DNA of 64,000 nt from Thermoproteota archaeon (GCA_029258885.1 JAPDJW010000001.1:64001-128000); one strand, 5' to 3'; positions 1 to 14,483 are shown, counted from the stretch's first letter. Made by a program: numbers and translations. Notes: a model not told the origin generated them from the letters alone.

Positions 1-136
1 CATTCTTTTCATAACATTTACCAAGTCGAGGACGGCATCTCTATCTTTTCTTTGCATGTTCCACCCGCTACTATATTATCGATTAACAAGGTTAATTAGT
101 GTTCTTACCTATTTAATAAGCTGATAGCGCTGTGAT

Positions 137-1000
137 GTGAGGATTATGATAGCTGTAATTCCGGTGGCTGGACTAGGTACCCGGCTGTTACCTTCGACGA
201 AGGAGCAACCCAAGGAGATGTTGCCTGTCTTTGCAAGGAATTCAAGCGGTACCATAAGCCTTAAGCCCACAATACAAATAATATTCGAACAACTGTTTGA
301 ATCGGGAATAAGGAATTTTCTCTTCGTAATAGGTAGGGGTAAGAGAATAATAGAAGATCACTTTACCCCGGATAGAGGCTATTTAGAGTTACTTGTCAAG
401 AGAGGTAAAATTACGAAAGCTGAGGAGCTGAAGCAATTTTACAACATGATAGGTAGTAGCTTTATCGCTTGGGTGAACCAGGACGAGCCCCTCGGCTTCG
501 GTGATGCGGTCCTAAGGAGTAAGCATCTAGTAGTTAATAGCGAGTTTATGGTTCATGCAGGAGATACTCTGATACTAAGCTGCCGTAATCATATTGTGGC
601 TTTAATCGAATGCTTCAAGGACATGCATGCTGATGCCGTATTCTACGTTAAGGAGGTGGATGATCCGAGGAAATATGGTGTAGTAATTCCTGCTGAAAAA
701 TCTGGAATAGGCGATGTTTTCAAGGTTAAGGGAGTTATTGAAAAGCCTGAGGTCCCGCCCACTAATCTAGCGATACTACCTATCTATGTCTTCAAACCAC
801 TAATATTCAAAGCTTTAGAGAGCATAGAGCCTAGCTCTAGAGGCGAGCTGGAGCTGACCGATGCCATACAAAAGTTGATAGATTGGGGCTGCAATGTGTT
901 TGCACGAAAAATTCCTAATGGTGCTTTGTGGATTGATATAGGGACTCCTGAAACGTATTGGATAGCATTAAAGAAAACGTATGAATTAGCGAAGCAGTAG
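137..1000 (+). CDS. galU: Sugar-1-phosphate nucleotidyltransferase (UTP--glucose-1-phosphate uridylyltransferase-like)
   Basis: N-terminal AVIPVAGLGTRLLP..K..PKEMLP motif, Q.EPLGFGDAV and EKP motifs. Confidence 0.8.
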   Translation: MRIMIAVIPVAGLGTRLLPSTKEQPKEMLPVFARNSSGTISLKPTIQIIFEQLFESGIRNFLFVIGRGKRIIEDHFTPDRGYLELLVKRGKITKAEELKQFYNMIGSSFIAWVNQDEPLGFGDAVLRSKHLVVNSEFMVHAGDTLILSCRNHIVALIECFKDMHADAVFYVKEVDDPRKYGVVIPAEKSGIGDVFKVKGVIEKPEVPPTNLAILPIYVFKPLIFKALESIEPSSRGELELTDAIQKLIDWGCNVFARKIPNGALWIDIGTPETYWIALKKTYELAKQ

Positions 1001-1007
1001 TCAGCTT

Positions 1008-2789
1008 TTATTCCTTTACTGAGCTAATAAGTTCTCTATAGTTTACTAGCTCCTTATAGTAGCATATCATTTTCATGAATTTCTCTTTATCGATGTAGCC
1101 ATGGGGCGATGGTACTTCGAAAATCCTGTCGGGAATTATCAGCTTGTCGATATCGAAGCCATTAATTATCTTGAACTTCAATTTTTCTCTATGTATTTTC
1201 TGTCCTATCGAGAATAGCTCTTCGACTTCGTGCTCTTGTCCTAAGACTTTTAAAGCTTTGGAGACCGTTTCGGGCGTGTATATTCCTCTGGAGAATAAAC
1301 ATACAACTAAGCTAGTTAATACTTGACGCCACTCCTCCTCCTCCAATAGCTTCTCTACGTACTCCTTCCCGTAAACGTTCTTTCCTAAATTCTTCTGGTC
1401 AAAGGAGTATCCAGCCATATCCAGGTGACTATGCCTAGAGCCTAGTAGTAATCCGAGATGGCCTAATGGACCTGTATGGTATCCCGCCATCTCTAAACCA
1501 CCGAATTGTAACGCATATTCTTTCCCTCCATATTTCTCCGATGCATACTTTACACCTTTAGCTAATGCCGCATATAGTTCACCCCTTTGATACGCTATGT
1601 TTTCGATAATTTTCATGTAAGTCTCTGCGTCTCCCCATCTAGGCTCTAACCCCAGAGTATCGTCCTTACTTACCAATCCTCTCTCGTAAGCCTCAGTGAG
1701 CCACGCGAGAACTACGCCAGTGCTCATGGCGTCGAGGCCGTACACGTCGACCTTATCTATCAGTAGTAACATGTCAGTTGGATCGTTTATGCCGAGCATT
1801 GTACCTAGAGAGTATATGGGCTCATAATCGTAGGAAACAAATATAGTCTGTTTAAAGTATGGCTCATCTTCGTAAGGTATCGTCACTGCAGCTAGGTGAA
1901 TACAAGCTACTGGACAGTGAGCGCATGAAACACGCCTACCCAAATACTCCTCAGCTAAGTTCTCACCGGATACCTTATCAGCGTTTTCGAAAAAGCTCTG
2001 TTGTAGATTCCTAGTGGGCAGGGCCTTTATTTTATTAAGAACCCTTATATTCATTGCAGTGCCTAAATCATGGTACTTCTTCATGGCGGCGGTTTCAACA
2101 GCCTTCCTATATATCTCGTCGTAGAGTTTCCTGTAAAGCGTTTTCTCCTTAACAGGTATACTTCTCTTTCCCGAGATAACGAACGCCTTAAGCTTTTTAC
2201 TTCCAAAAACCGCTCCCAGCCCAAGTCTTCCGAAGTGTCTATATGTTTCCGTCACCACACATGCGTATCTAACGAGATTCTCTCCAGCAATGCCAATACG
2301 CATTATACTCCTAATTCCCGATCCCGGCTCAACCTCCCTAATAATCCTACCTACGGTATGACTTGAACGCATGCCCCATAATGTTTTAGCGTTCCTGAAG
2401 TAAACCCTGTCACCGTGGACAGCTACATATATGGGTATATCGCTAGCACCCCTAAGGACTATTGCTCCATAGCCAGCCAACCTAATAGCTACACCGCTCC
2501 TGCCGCCAGCGTGGCTCTCACCCAGGTTTCCGGTAAGCGGGCTTTTGAACATAGCAACAGTTTTAGACGCCATCGGAAAGACGCCGTTTAGAGGCCCCAC
2601 AGCGAAAACTATCACATTTTCAGGTCCTAGGGGATCCGTCTTACTGCTAACTTCCTCACTCAATAGCTTTATTGCAACTCCCGTTCCTCCGATATTCTCT
2701 TCAAAGAGTTCAGGCCTATTTTCAACCCAATACCTTTTCCTCGCAAGATCTATATATAATACCCTAGCTAAGGTATCCATCCTCCTCAC
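1008..2789 (-). CDS. Aldehyde:ferredoxin oxidoreductase family (W/Mo-pterin) catalytic subunit
   Basis: KSPLTG...ESHAGG, GRLGLGAVFGSKKLKA, CAHCPVAC, EYE-like DYEPIYSLG and D..GLD motifs. Confidence 0.92.
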   Translation of the reverse strand: MRRMDTLARVLYIDLARKRYWVENRPELFEENIGGTGVAIKLLSEEVSSKTDPLGPENVIVFAVGPLNGVFPMASKTVAMFKSPLTGNLGESHAGGRSGVAIRLAGYGAIVLRGASDIPIYVAVHGDRVYFRNAKTLWGMRSSHTVGRIIREVEPGSGIRSIMRIGIAGENLVRYACVVTETYRHFGRLGLGAVFGSKKLKAFVISGKRSIPVKEKTLYRKLYDEIYRKAVETAAMKKYHDLGTAMNIRVLNKIKALPTRNLQQSFFENADKVSGENLAEEYLGRRVSCAHCPVACIHLAAVTIPYEDEPYFKQTIFVSYDYEPIYSLGTMLGINDPTDMLLLIDKVDVYGLDAMSTGVVLAWLTEAYERGLVSKDDTLGLEPRWGDAETYMKIIENIAYQRGELYAALAKGVKYASEKYGGKEYALQFGGLEMAGYHTGPLGHLGLLLGSRHSHLDMAGYSFDQKNLGKNVYGKEYVEKLLEEEEWRQVLTSLVVCLFSRGIYTPETVSKALKVLGQEHEVEELFSIGQKIHREKLKFKIINGFDIDKLIIPDRIFEVPSPHGYIDKEKFMKMICYYKELVNYRELISSVKE

Positions 2790-3184
2790 CTCTCCTCAAT
2801 TTCCAGTACACCGTGGGGACAGTAATTAACACAGTATCCGCAGTGAGTACAAATTATGGGCTTATTTGCAACATTATCCCAGAATATGGCACCAATAATA
2901 CATGCATTAACACAGGAGCCACAGCCTATACATTTATCAGGTATAAGCGTAACTCCACCACCTTTTCTTGGAACGAGAGCATCCACAGGACAAGCCTTAG
3001 CACAGGGAGGATCAGTGCATGCACGACAAACAACGACCGTAAACCCCCTCTCAACGCCTCCAACGCTCCTCACGATAATAGCGCTTCTCTCTAAGCCGCC
3101 ATCCCCAAACCTCCTACTACAAGCAAACATACATAACTGGCATCCAACACATCGATTCACATCCACAACAGATATTCTAGACAA
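2786..3184 (-). CDS. 4Fe-4S dicluster ferredoxin-like subunit, coupled to the AOR gene
   Basis: Four CxxCxxCxxxC-type clusters; 4-nt overlap with the AOR start. Confidence 0.92.
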   Translation of the reverse strand: MSRISVVDVNRCVGCQLCMFACSRRFGDGGLERSAIIVRSVGGVERGFTVVVCRACTDPPCAKACPVDALVPRKGGGVTLIPDKCIGCGSCVNACIIGAIFWDNVANKPIICTHCGYCVNYCPHGVLEIEER

Positions 3185-3301
3185 AATTTCTCACCCCATC
3201 CCTCAACAACAAACTCAAATAAATTATTTACCCTGAATAAGCCAAGTAGGCAGACACTTAAAACGAAAAATTTAAGAAGAATATAAAGAATATCTATTCG
3301 A

Positions 3302-3376
3302 GGGCCCGTAGCTTAGCCTGGCCGGAGCATCCGGCTGATAACCGGAAGGTCGTGGGTTCGAATCCCACCGGGCCCA
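3302..3376 (+). tRNA. tRNA-Ile(GAT)
   Basis: GGGCCCG/CGGGCCC acceptor, TCCGG-CT GAT AA-CCGGA anticodon arm, TTCGAAT T-loop, no intron. Confidence 0.97.
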
Positions 3377-3466
3377 CCTCCTTACAAATAACAGTTAAAT
3401 AGAAGGACTCCCACCCCACCTATTTTCACATAAAAGTAGAGTAAACAATATAAGGAGGAAAAAGGA

Positions 3467-3474
3467 TTTATATA
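3467..3474 (+). promoter_or_regulatory. TATA box of the rRNA operon promoter, with purine-rich BRE upstream
   Basis: GAAAAAGGA-TTTATATA; predicted start near G3495/G3496. Confidence 0.6.
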
Positions 3475-3626
3475 ATGCCCCGCAACCCTCCGGCGGCCCA
3501 GTCAGATAGGGGCGTATCGCTCCGAAATGAAAGACTGGCCTCCGGTTGCGGGGAAAGCCTCACACTCACGATGTGGATCTAAGCAACCCAGCCCTAGAGA
3601 AGGGGGCTGGACGCTTAGATCCGAAA

Positions 3627-5213
<1,587 letters not shown>

Positions 5214-5273
5214 CATGTAATGCAACCCGGGAGGTAACCTCTCGGGTGAAGGGCACGAATTCTAAAGATGTGT

Positions 5274-8494
<3,221 letters not shown>

Positions 8495-8545
8495 ACGGGG
8501 AAATGTTTTTAAATAGCTTTCATTCCCTTTTCTGTAGGTTAAATC

Positions 8546-10126
8546 ATGTTTAGAGAGGTTTATCAGGAGATATATCTCCCGGATTCGACGGCTATTACGT
8601 CGGGTATACTTAGGCGTTGGGTAGATGAGGGTAGGATTGAGGGTAGGATTGCTATTCATTCTCTACTAGTTTCATATTTTGAGGATTTAGCGAGGAAGGG
8701 TATGAGTCAAGGCTTTATTGGGTTGGAGGAGCTTGGGCTTTTAAGAAAGTCCTGCGAAGATAGGGATGGTGTTGAGATTGAGGTTGTTAGGGATATTCCT
8801 CAAGGCTATAGGGTTTCTAGAGACTTAAATGTCGATGAGGTTGTTAGAGAGCTTGCAAGGGACTGGAATGCTACTGTAATTACGTGTGATAGGATACAGT
8901 ATAGGACATGTATTGCTTCTGGCGTTAAGGCATTGTTCTTAGGTGATGAATCTAGGGACGGCTTTCTTATTGAAAAGTTCTTTGATGATAAAACTATGTC
9001 TGTTCATCTGAAAGAAGGCGTTATACCTTATGCTAAAATAGGCACTCCCGGGAAGTGGAAGTTTAAGCTTCTGGATTCAAAGCCTATTTCTAGAGCTGAA
9101 CTTGAGGGTATAGTTAGAAACATATATGAGGTTGCCAGGGAATCTAGGGACGCCTTCATTGAGGTTGAGAGGCCTGGCTCTACAATAATTCAGATTAAAA
9201 ACTATAGGATAGTTATAACTAGACCTCCTTTCTCCGATGGATTGGAGGTAACGGCTGTTAGGCCGGTCATTAAGCTTAAGCTTGAAGACTATAATTTACC
9301 TAAAAAATTGATTGTGAGGCTGGAGGAGAAGGCGGAGGGTATTCTAATAGCTGGCGCTCCTGGAATGGGTAAAACAACTTTCGCCCAGGCACTAGCGGAA
9401 TATTACATGAGAAAAGGAAAGGTAGTTAAGACCGTGGAGTCCCCAAGAGACATGCAGTTGCCGGATGAAATAACACAGTATTCTAAGAATTACGCTACAT
9501 CAGAGGAGATACATGATGTACTTCTGCTTTCGAGGCCCGATTATACGGTTTTCGATGAGATGAGGGATACTAAGGATTTTGAGCTCTACACGGATTTGAG
9601 GCTAGCTGGGATTGGATTAATTGGCGTTGTACATGCAACTTCAGCTATAGATGCTATTCAGAGGTTTGTAGGGAGAGTGGAGCTTGGAATGATTCCGTCC
9701 ATAATAGATACGGTGATATTCATCAAGGATGGCGCCATAAACAAGGTATATGAGCTGGAGACTACGGTGAAAATTCCGTATGGATTAAGGGAGGCGGATC
9801 TAGCAAGGCCGGTGGTTGTAGTAAAAGATTTTCTTACAGGAAAACCTGAGTATGAAATGTATGTTTTCGGCGAGAGGACATTTGTTGTCCCCATAAAGAG
9901 GTACGAAAGTAAAGAGGAAAAACGTATAAGGAGAAGTATAGAGAAGATTATCCGTAGATATATTCCGGATGAAAGCATTGATATAGACGTGCTTAGCGAG
10001 GGGAAGGTAATTATTTCAATAGACCCGGAATATTTGCCGATTATTATGGGAAAATTCAAGAAGAGGATAGATAGAGTCGGCAAAAGGCTGGGGGTCGATA
10101 TAGAAGTAAGGCCTAAATTATCTTAG
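8546..10126 (+). CDS. PIN-domain / P-loop ATPase / KH protein (PINA-type Holliday-junction branch-migration ATPase)
   Basis: N-terminal PIN (YLPDSTAI), Walker A GAPGMGKT, RPDYTVFDEMR, C-terminal KH-like region. Confidence 0.88.
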   Translation: MFREVYQEIYLPDSTAITSGILRRWVDEGRIEGRIAIHSLLVSYFEDLARKGMSQGFIGLEELGLLRKSCEDRDGVEIEVVRDIPQGYRVSRDLNVDEVVRELARDWNATVITCDRIQYRTCIASGVKALFLGDESRDGFLIEKFFDDKTMSVHLKEGVIPYAKIGTPGKWKFKLLDSKPISRAELEGIVRNIYEVARESRDAFIEVERPGSTIIQIKNYRIVITRPPFSDGLEVTAVRPVIKLKLEDYNLPKKLIVRLEEKAEGILIAGAPGMGKTTFAQALAEYYMRKGKVVKTVESPRDMQLPDEITQYSKNYATSEEIHDVLLLSRPDYTVFDEMRDTKDFELYTDLRLAGIGLIGVVHATSAIDAIQRFVGRVELGMIPSIIDTVIFIKDGAINKVYELETTVKIPYGLREADLARPVVVVKDFLTGKPEYEMYVFGERTFVVPIKRYESKEEKRIRRSIEKIIRRYIPDESIDIDVLSEGKVIISIDPEYLPIIMGKFKKRIDRVGKRLGVDIEVRPKLS

Positions 10127-10254
10127 TTTCATTAACTATACTAAATTTATAAGGTGAAATAGTATAGCATGTGGTATCTAAACGTAAAGCATAATTATGA
10201 GAGCTACCCTATGCCTTATAGGGATTGCTCTTCTCAGTAAAGTTAGGTGTTGGC

Positions 10255-11205
10255 ATGGCTGTAAGAACATGCAGGAACTGTATCCATTATTCACCATCCA
10301 CCGGATTTTGCCTAAAACTTATGAGGTTCATCAGTGATCCAAATAATCCTCCATGTATAGGTGTTCAAGCTATATCACCAAGCATCAATCAACAAGTAAG
10401 CAATCCTGTTGTACAAACAGTAAGCGAAGATCAAGATCTAGGTGCTGTCGTAATTAGAGGGAAGCCTAGATATGATAGGGTATATGCTAAAACGGGTATA
10501 GAGCTCCTGGATAAGTTGCTCGGTGGAGGATTTCTAAGAGGAAAAACGTATCTTGTGGCGGGAGAGACGGGGTGTGGAAAAACTATTTTCTCTCTTCAAT
10601 TTCTCGTTTATGGAGCGTTAAACGGGGAGCCTGGAGTATACTTAGCGATAGATGAACCCACAGAACATCTACTACGAGGTATTAAGAGGCTTGGATGGGA
10701 CGTAACCGAATTGATAGAGGACGGTAAACTGTTATTCCTTGACATGCGAACGCATTTCAGCAAAATATATATGAAGGAGGAGAGAAAGAAGATAGAGCCT
10801 CGTTTCATTATTGAATCAATAATCAATAATATTAGGAAGATTAAAGCTAAGAGGCTAGTGATAGACCCCGTTGCACCTCTAATGTATGGTGGTTCAACCG
10901 ATGTATTATATGCAAGGGAGTTCTTAAGAGAAATGGTGTTTTCTCTGGAAAAGCTCAGGACTGTTACCACAATAATGACCAGCGAAATACCGAGTGGAAG
11001 CAATAAACTTAGTCGTTTCGGAGTAGAGGAATTTCTTGCCTCAGGTATAATAGTTCTATCTCTAAATGAGATTAGGGGGAGGATCCTAAGGGTAATGTAT
11101 ATCAGGAAGGCCAGATGGGCGCCTGTACATCCATGCAAATATGTCTTTGAAATTGTGCCAGGTAAAGGTATAGTATTGAAGGGACCGCTTGAGAATTATG
11201 TTTAA
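10255..11205 (+). CDS. Single-domain KaiC/RAD55-like ATPase with N-terminal Cys-rich extension
   Basis: GETGCGKT, RLVIDP, EEFLASGII, IRKAR motifs; ATG 10255 follows an AGGTG RBS (track start 10225 is probably too early). Confidence 0.85.
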   Translation: MAVRTCRNCIHYSPSTGFCLKLMRFISDPNNPPCIGVQAISPSINQQVSNPVVQTVSEDQDLGAVVIRGKPRYDRVYAKTGIELLDKLLGGGFLRGKTYLVAGETGCGKTIFSLQFLVYGALNGEPGVYLAIDEPTEHLLRGIKRLGWDVTELIEDGKLLFLDMRTHFSKIYMKEERKKIEPRFIIESIINNIRKIKAKRLVIDPVAPLMYGGSTDVLYAREFLREMVFSLEKLRTVTTIMTSEIPSGSNKLSRFGVEEFLASGIIVLSLNEIRGRILRVMYIRKARWAPVHPCKYVFEIVPGKGIVLKGPLENYV

Positions 11206-11436
11206 GAGCTAGTCTATGAATGCTGAAAGCATAGCTGTTGTAATAAAGTATAGAGTCAATGGCGTTCTTGATAACTAATATATTTCAACTACTACTATTG
11301 GGGGCCGTAATAGGTCATATTAAAATAGTAATGAGTGTAGCATGATAATAATAGGAAAATATTAGGAGAATATTAGGCAGTATTGCGATATCGACAGTAT
11401 TTAGGGTATTTTAATAGTTAGGCAGAGATAAAAACC

Positions 11437-11808
11437 ATGTTATACAAGAAGAAGCATGATAAGGTGCCCTATAGGAGTTATAATGATCTCAAACGATTGG
11501 TACTTTATGCGTTAATGAAATTGGTGAAAAAGGCTAAAGGAAGTTGTGTAACCTTTACTAGCAAGAAAATAGCCATTACGGCAGGTTTACCCGTCCAACC
11601 TATTCTTCTAACGGTTATTAGAGATATACTGGATGGACTATGTGATAATAAGCTAATTTTAAGGTATAGTAAAAGCAGTCACGGAATAAAATATATGATC
11701 GTTAGTACAAGTCCTCTCTGGAAATACCTTAAGAGTCTAAGCGATTTCCAGGAGGTAGAAGTATATAAAATCGAGAAAATAGGTGAAGTAGCTATTTCAA
11801 CAAAATAA
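11437..11808 (+). CDS. Putative winged-helix DNA-binding protein
   Basis: Basic 123-aa protein with helix-turn-helix plus wing pattern (SCVTFTSKKIA...IKYMI..TSPLW). Confidence 0.55.
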   Translation: MLYKKKHDKVPYRSYNDLKRLVLYALMKLVKKAKGSCVTFTSKKIAITAGLPVQPILLTVIRDILDGLCDNKLILRYSKSSHGIKYMIVSTSPLWKYLKSLSDFQEVEVYKIEKIGEVAISTK

Positions 11809-11881
11809 CATTTTCTATCCTAGGTAATAAAACTAATATTGCCTTTTTCCTATAGATAGAAGGCTCACATTAGGTGGTATA

Positions 11882-12250
11882 ATGGAATTTAAAGGTATCT
11901 TGGAGAGGATAGAGCCTAGATCTCCGGAAAGAGTTACTGCGTTAATTATTAGATCTATAGATAAGCGAATTGAAATGGAGCTGGAGGTACCTAATGCTGT
12001 CTTAAACCTTTTAGATAAAGCTAAGCTTAAAGAGGGCGCAAAGGTTAGCGTAAACATTTCTAAGAAGGGATTAAAGGCTGATGAATGGGAGTTATTAATG
12101 AATGGTAACTTATACCTGGCAAAGGAAAGCGAGGGTGTACGTGTATACTTCGTATCTTTAGGTGGATTAAGATGCCGAATAAGATCTGCTAGAAAGCTTA
12201 GATGGAAGCTCATGGATAAGCTCTATGTAGGTCTAAACTTTATAAAATAA
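11882..12250 (+). CDS. rpoG: RNA polymerase subunit Rpo8/RpoG (Rpb8 homologue)
   Basis: LMNGNLY...VSLGGLRCRI matches the Rpb8 signature (YxMxGxxY...SFGGLLxRL). Confidence 0.8.
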   Translation: MEFKGILERIEPRSPERVTALIIRSIDKRIEMELEVPNAVLNLLDKAKLKEGAKVSVNISKKGLKADEWELLMNGNLYLAKESEGVRVYFVSLGGLRCRIRSARKLRWKLMDKLYVGLNFIK

Positions 12251-12414
12251 CTAGCAACATCTATCGCCTAGGAGTAAAATTATTTTTCGCTATTTCATGG
12301 TCTAAATAAATTTTCTAGTGAGTTTATATGCTTGGTGGCAATACCCATATTAAAGTGATGAACATAATGTAAAATAAAATTATGCTTATGAAATAATATC
12401 GAGCGTGAAGTTTC

Positions 12415-12708
12415 ATGGTGTCGATGAGTGATGTGCAAAGGATTAGAGATTGGGCCTTGGCAAATAACTTTAGAGTAGTTTTCTCCTTCGAAAAATACCC
12501 ATACGTGTTAGTCATAGATCGTGTAATACATGCCAGAGATAATAACGATGTTGTAGTAGATTGGTCCAAAGCATTTGGATCAAAACTTCCACATCAAGTC
12601 CTCTCCAGTCTAAAACTCAGAAGAATAGTCATCTTAAGAAAAAACATAGAAATTATGTTCTTCAATAGCCTAACTAAATTCATGTCACATGTCAGGGAGC
12701 AGAAGTAA
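12415..12708 (+). CDS. Hypothetical protein
   Basis: 97-aa ORF filling an intergenic gap; no motif recognised. Confidence 0.55.
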   Translation: MVSMSDVQRIRDWALANNFRVVFSFEKYPYVLVIDRVIHARDNNDVVVDWSKAFGSKLPHQVLSSLKLRRIVILRKNIEIMFFNSLTKFMSHVREQK

Positions 12709-12712
12709 AACG

Positions 12713-12786
12713 TGGGCCCGGTGGGATTCGAACCCACGACCCCCGGGTTATGAGCCCGGTGCTCTACCTGGCTAAGCTACGGGCCA
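12713..12786 (-). tRNA. tRNA(CAT), most likely tRNA-Ile2; position 1 encoded as T (U1:C72 mismatch)
   Basis: TGGCCCG...CCGGG-CT CAT AA-CCCGG...CGGGCCCA; acceptor G2:C71, G3:C70, C4:G69 and U12:A23 as in tRNA-Ile; the anticodon stem has three G:C pairs but the D-arm is elongator-type. Confidence 0.9.
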
Positions 12787-12893
12787 ATAATATAAAGTTG
12801 ATAATATAATTTAAGTTTTTCTCCATAGCTAATGTATGTCGAGACATTAATTAATATATAAGCTCCACAGAAGTATTGACGAGGAACTTAGCT

Positions 12894-14483
12894 ATGAGCT
12901 TCGAAATAATAGATAAGGATCTATTAGGTAGAATAGGCAGACTATACACTAGCCATGGCGTTATAGAGACTCCTGCAATAGCGCCAGTTATAAATCCGGC
13001 TAAGATGACGATTAGCCCAGATACCATCGTGAGGATGGGCTTTAAGCTGATTATGACAAACGCATACATAATTTGGAAGAGATTTGGGCTGCTTGGAGTA
13101 GAGATGGGCGTGCATGGACTTCTAGGAGTGAAAACGCCGATAATGACGGATTCCGGTGCTTATCAATTGATGGAATACGGTGAAGTGGATATTGACCCGG
13201 ATAGTATATTAGAATATCAGGAGGATATAGGCAGCGATATAGCCGTAATTTTGGATATTCCTACGCGATATAATACCCCCAGGGATGTTGTTGTAGAGGA
13301 GGTTAGGGAGACTATTGATCGGGCTATAAATGCCATAAAAAAGAGGAGAAGAAACGATATCTTACTAGTTGCTCCTATCCAAGGGGGTATATACTATGAT
13401 GTAGTTGAAGAGTGTGCAAGAGAGCTTGCAAAATATGACTTCGATGTGTATGCTATAGGGGGGCCGACTCAAATAATGGCCATGTACAAGTATAATGAGC
13501 TTGTCGATTTAATTATGCATGCGAAGATGAACATTCCTCCAAATAAGCCTGTACATCTCTTTGGAGCTGGAAATCCTATAATGTTACCTCTTGCTGTTGC
13601 TCTAGGAGTAGATCTCTTCGATTCAGCAGCCTATGCCTTATACGCAAGGGATCTAAGATACATGACTAGTACAGCCATTATCAGGTTTGAGAGGCTAAGC
13701 TATTTGCCATGTAATTGCCCCGTGTGTAGCAAGTACAGCCTAGATGACTTAAAAAGCATGCCTAGGCGGGAGCTTGAGCAAAAAATAGCATTACATAATC
13801 TATACGTAATTAAAAGGGAAATAGATGTCATAAGGAACAGAATAAGGGAGGGTAGTTTATGGGAATATATTGAGCTTAAGGCTAGGTGTCATCCAAGACT
13901 TATGGACGCTCTAGCTGAAATAGGAAAATACAAAGATTACATAGAAAAGTTTGATCCTGTAACCAAGCCGAATGCTAGAGGAATTTTCATATATGATATA
14001 CTATCGTATAACAGACCCGAGATCGTAAGGTTCCGAAAAAGGCTTATGTCTAACTTAAAGTTAGATGAAAATATAACCTTGCTGCTACTACCGGAAACTT
14101 TTGAAAAGCCATTTCATAGATCGAAATATATAGTAGAGATCATTAACATGGTAAGGAACTGTTTGAATAATGAGAAAATTAAGGTTATGATTTACTGTAA
14201 AGGTTTTGGTTTAATACCGCTAGAAATAGATGAACTCTATCCCTTATCACAGTATGAGGCTACCCTGAATATTTCGCTTGACGAAGTAAGCAATATCACT
14301 AATTTTATTATAGAGTATGTTGTAAAACATAAGAAGTCTATTAAAACCCTAGCTATAGTAGTTGATGAGAATAGGTGGCCGAAGATTTTTTACGAGCGCC
14401 TCAGTGAGAAGCTTAAAAACTCGGTTAAAATACTCTTCTACAGGCTGTCGAATTCGGAAGGCTTTATCGAAAATATTGAATGA
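12894..14483 (+). CDS. tgtA: Archaeosine tRNA-guanine transglycosylase
   Basis: TDSGAYQ, HLFGAG, DLFDSAAY, CxCxxC...H zinc site; ATG 12894 preferred. Confidence 0.93.
   Translation: MSFEIIDKDLLGRIGRLYTSHGVIETPAIAPVINPAKMTISPDTIVRMGFKLIMTNAYIIWKRFGLLGVEMGVHGLLGVKTPIMTDSGAYQLMEYGEVDIDPDSILEYQEDIGSDIAVILDIPTRYNTPRDVVVEEVRETIDRAINAIKKRRRNDILLVAPIQGGIYYDVVEECARELAKYDFDVYAIGGPTQIMAMYKYNELVDLIMHAKMNIPPNKPVHLFGAGNPIMLPLAVALGVDLFDSAAYALYARDLRYMTSTAIIRFERLSYLPCNCPVCSKYSLDDLKSMPRRELEQKIALHNLYVIKREIDVIRNRIREGSLWEYIELKARCHPRLMDALAEIGKYKDYIEKFDPVTKPNARGIFIYDILSYNRPEIVRFRKRLMSNLKLDENITLLLLPETFEKPFHRSKYIVEIINMVRNCLNNEKIKVMIYCKGFGLIPLEIDELYPLSQYEATLNISLDEVSNITNFIIEYVVKHKKSIKTLAIVVDENRWPKIFYERLSEKLKNSVKILFYRLSNSEGFIENIE

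Noticed and set aside
12713-12786. tRNA(CAT) as initiator tRNA-Met (three G:C anticodon pairs and a 1:72 mismatch)
   Set aside because: It lacks A1:U72 and the initiator D-stem, its acceptor matches tRNA-Ile, and tRNA-Val shows the same mismatch, so it is not initiator-specific.
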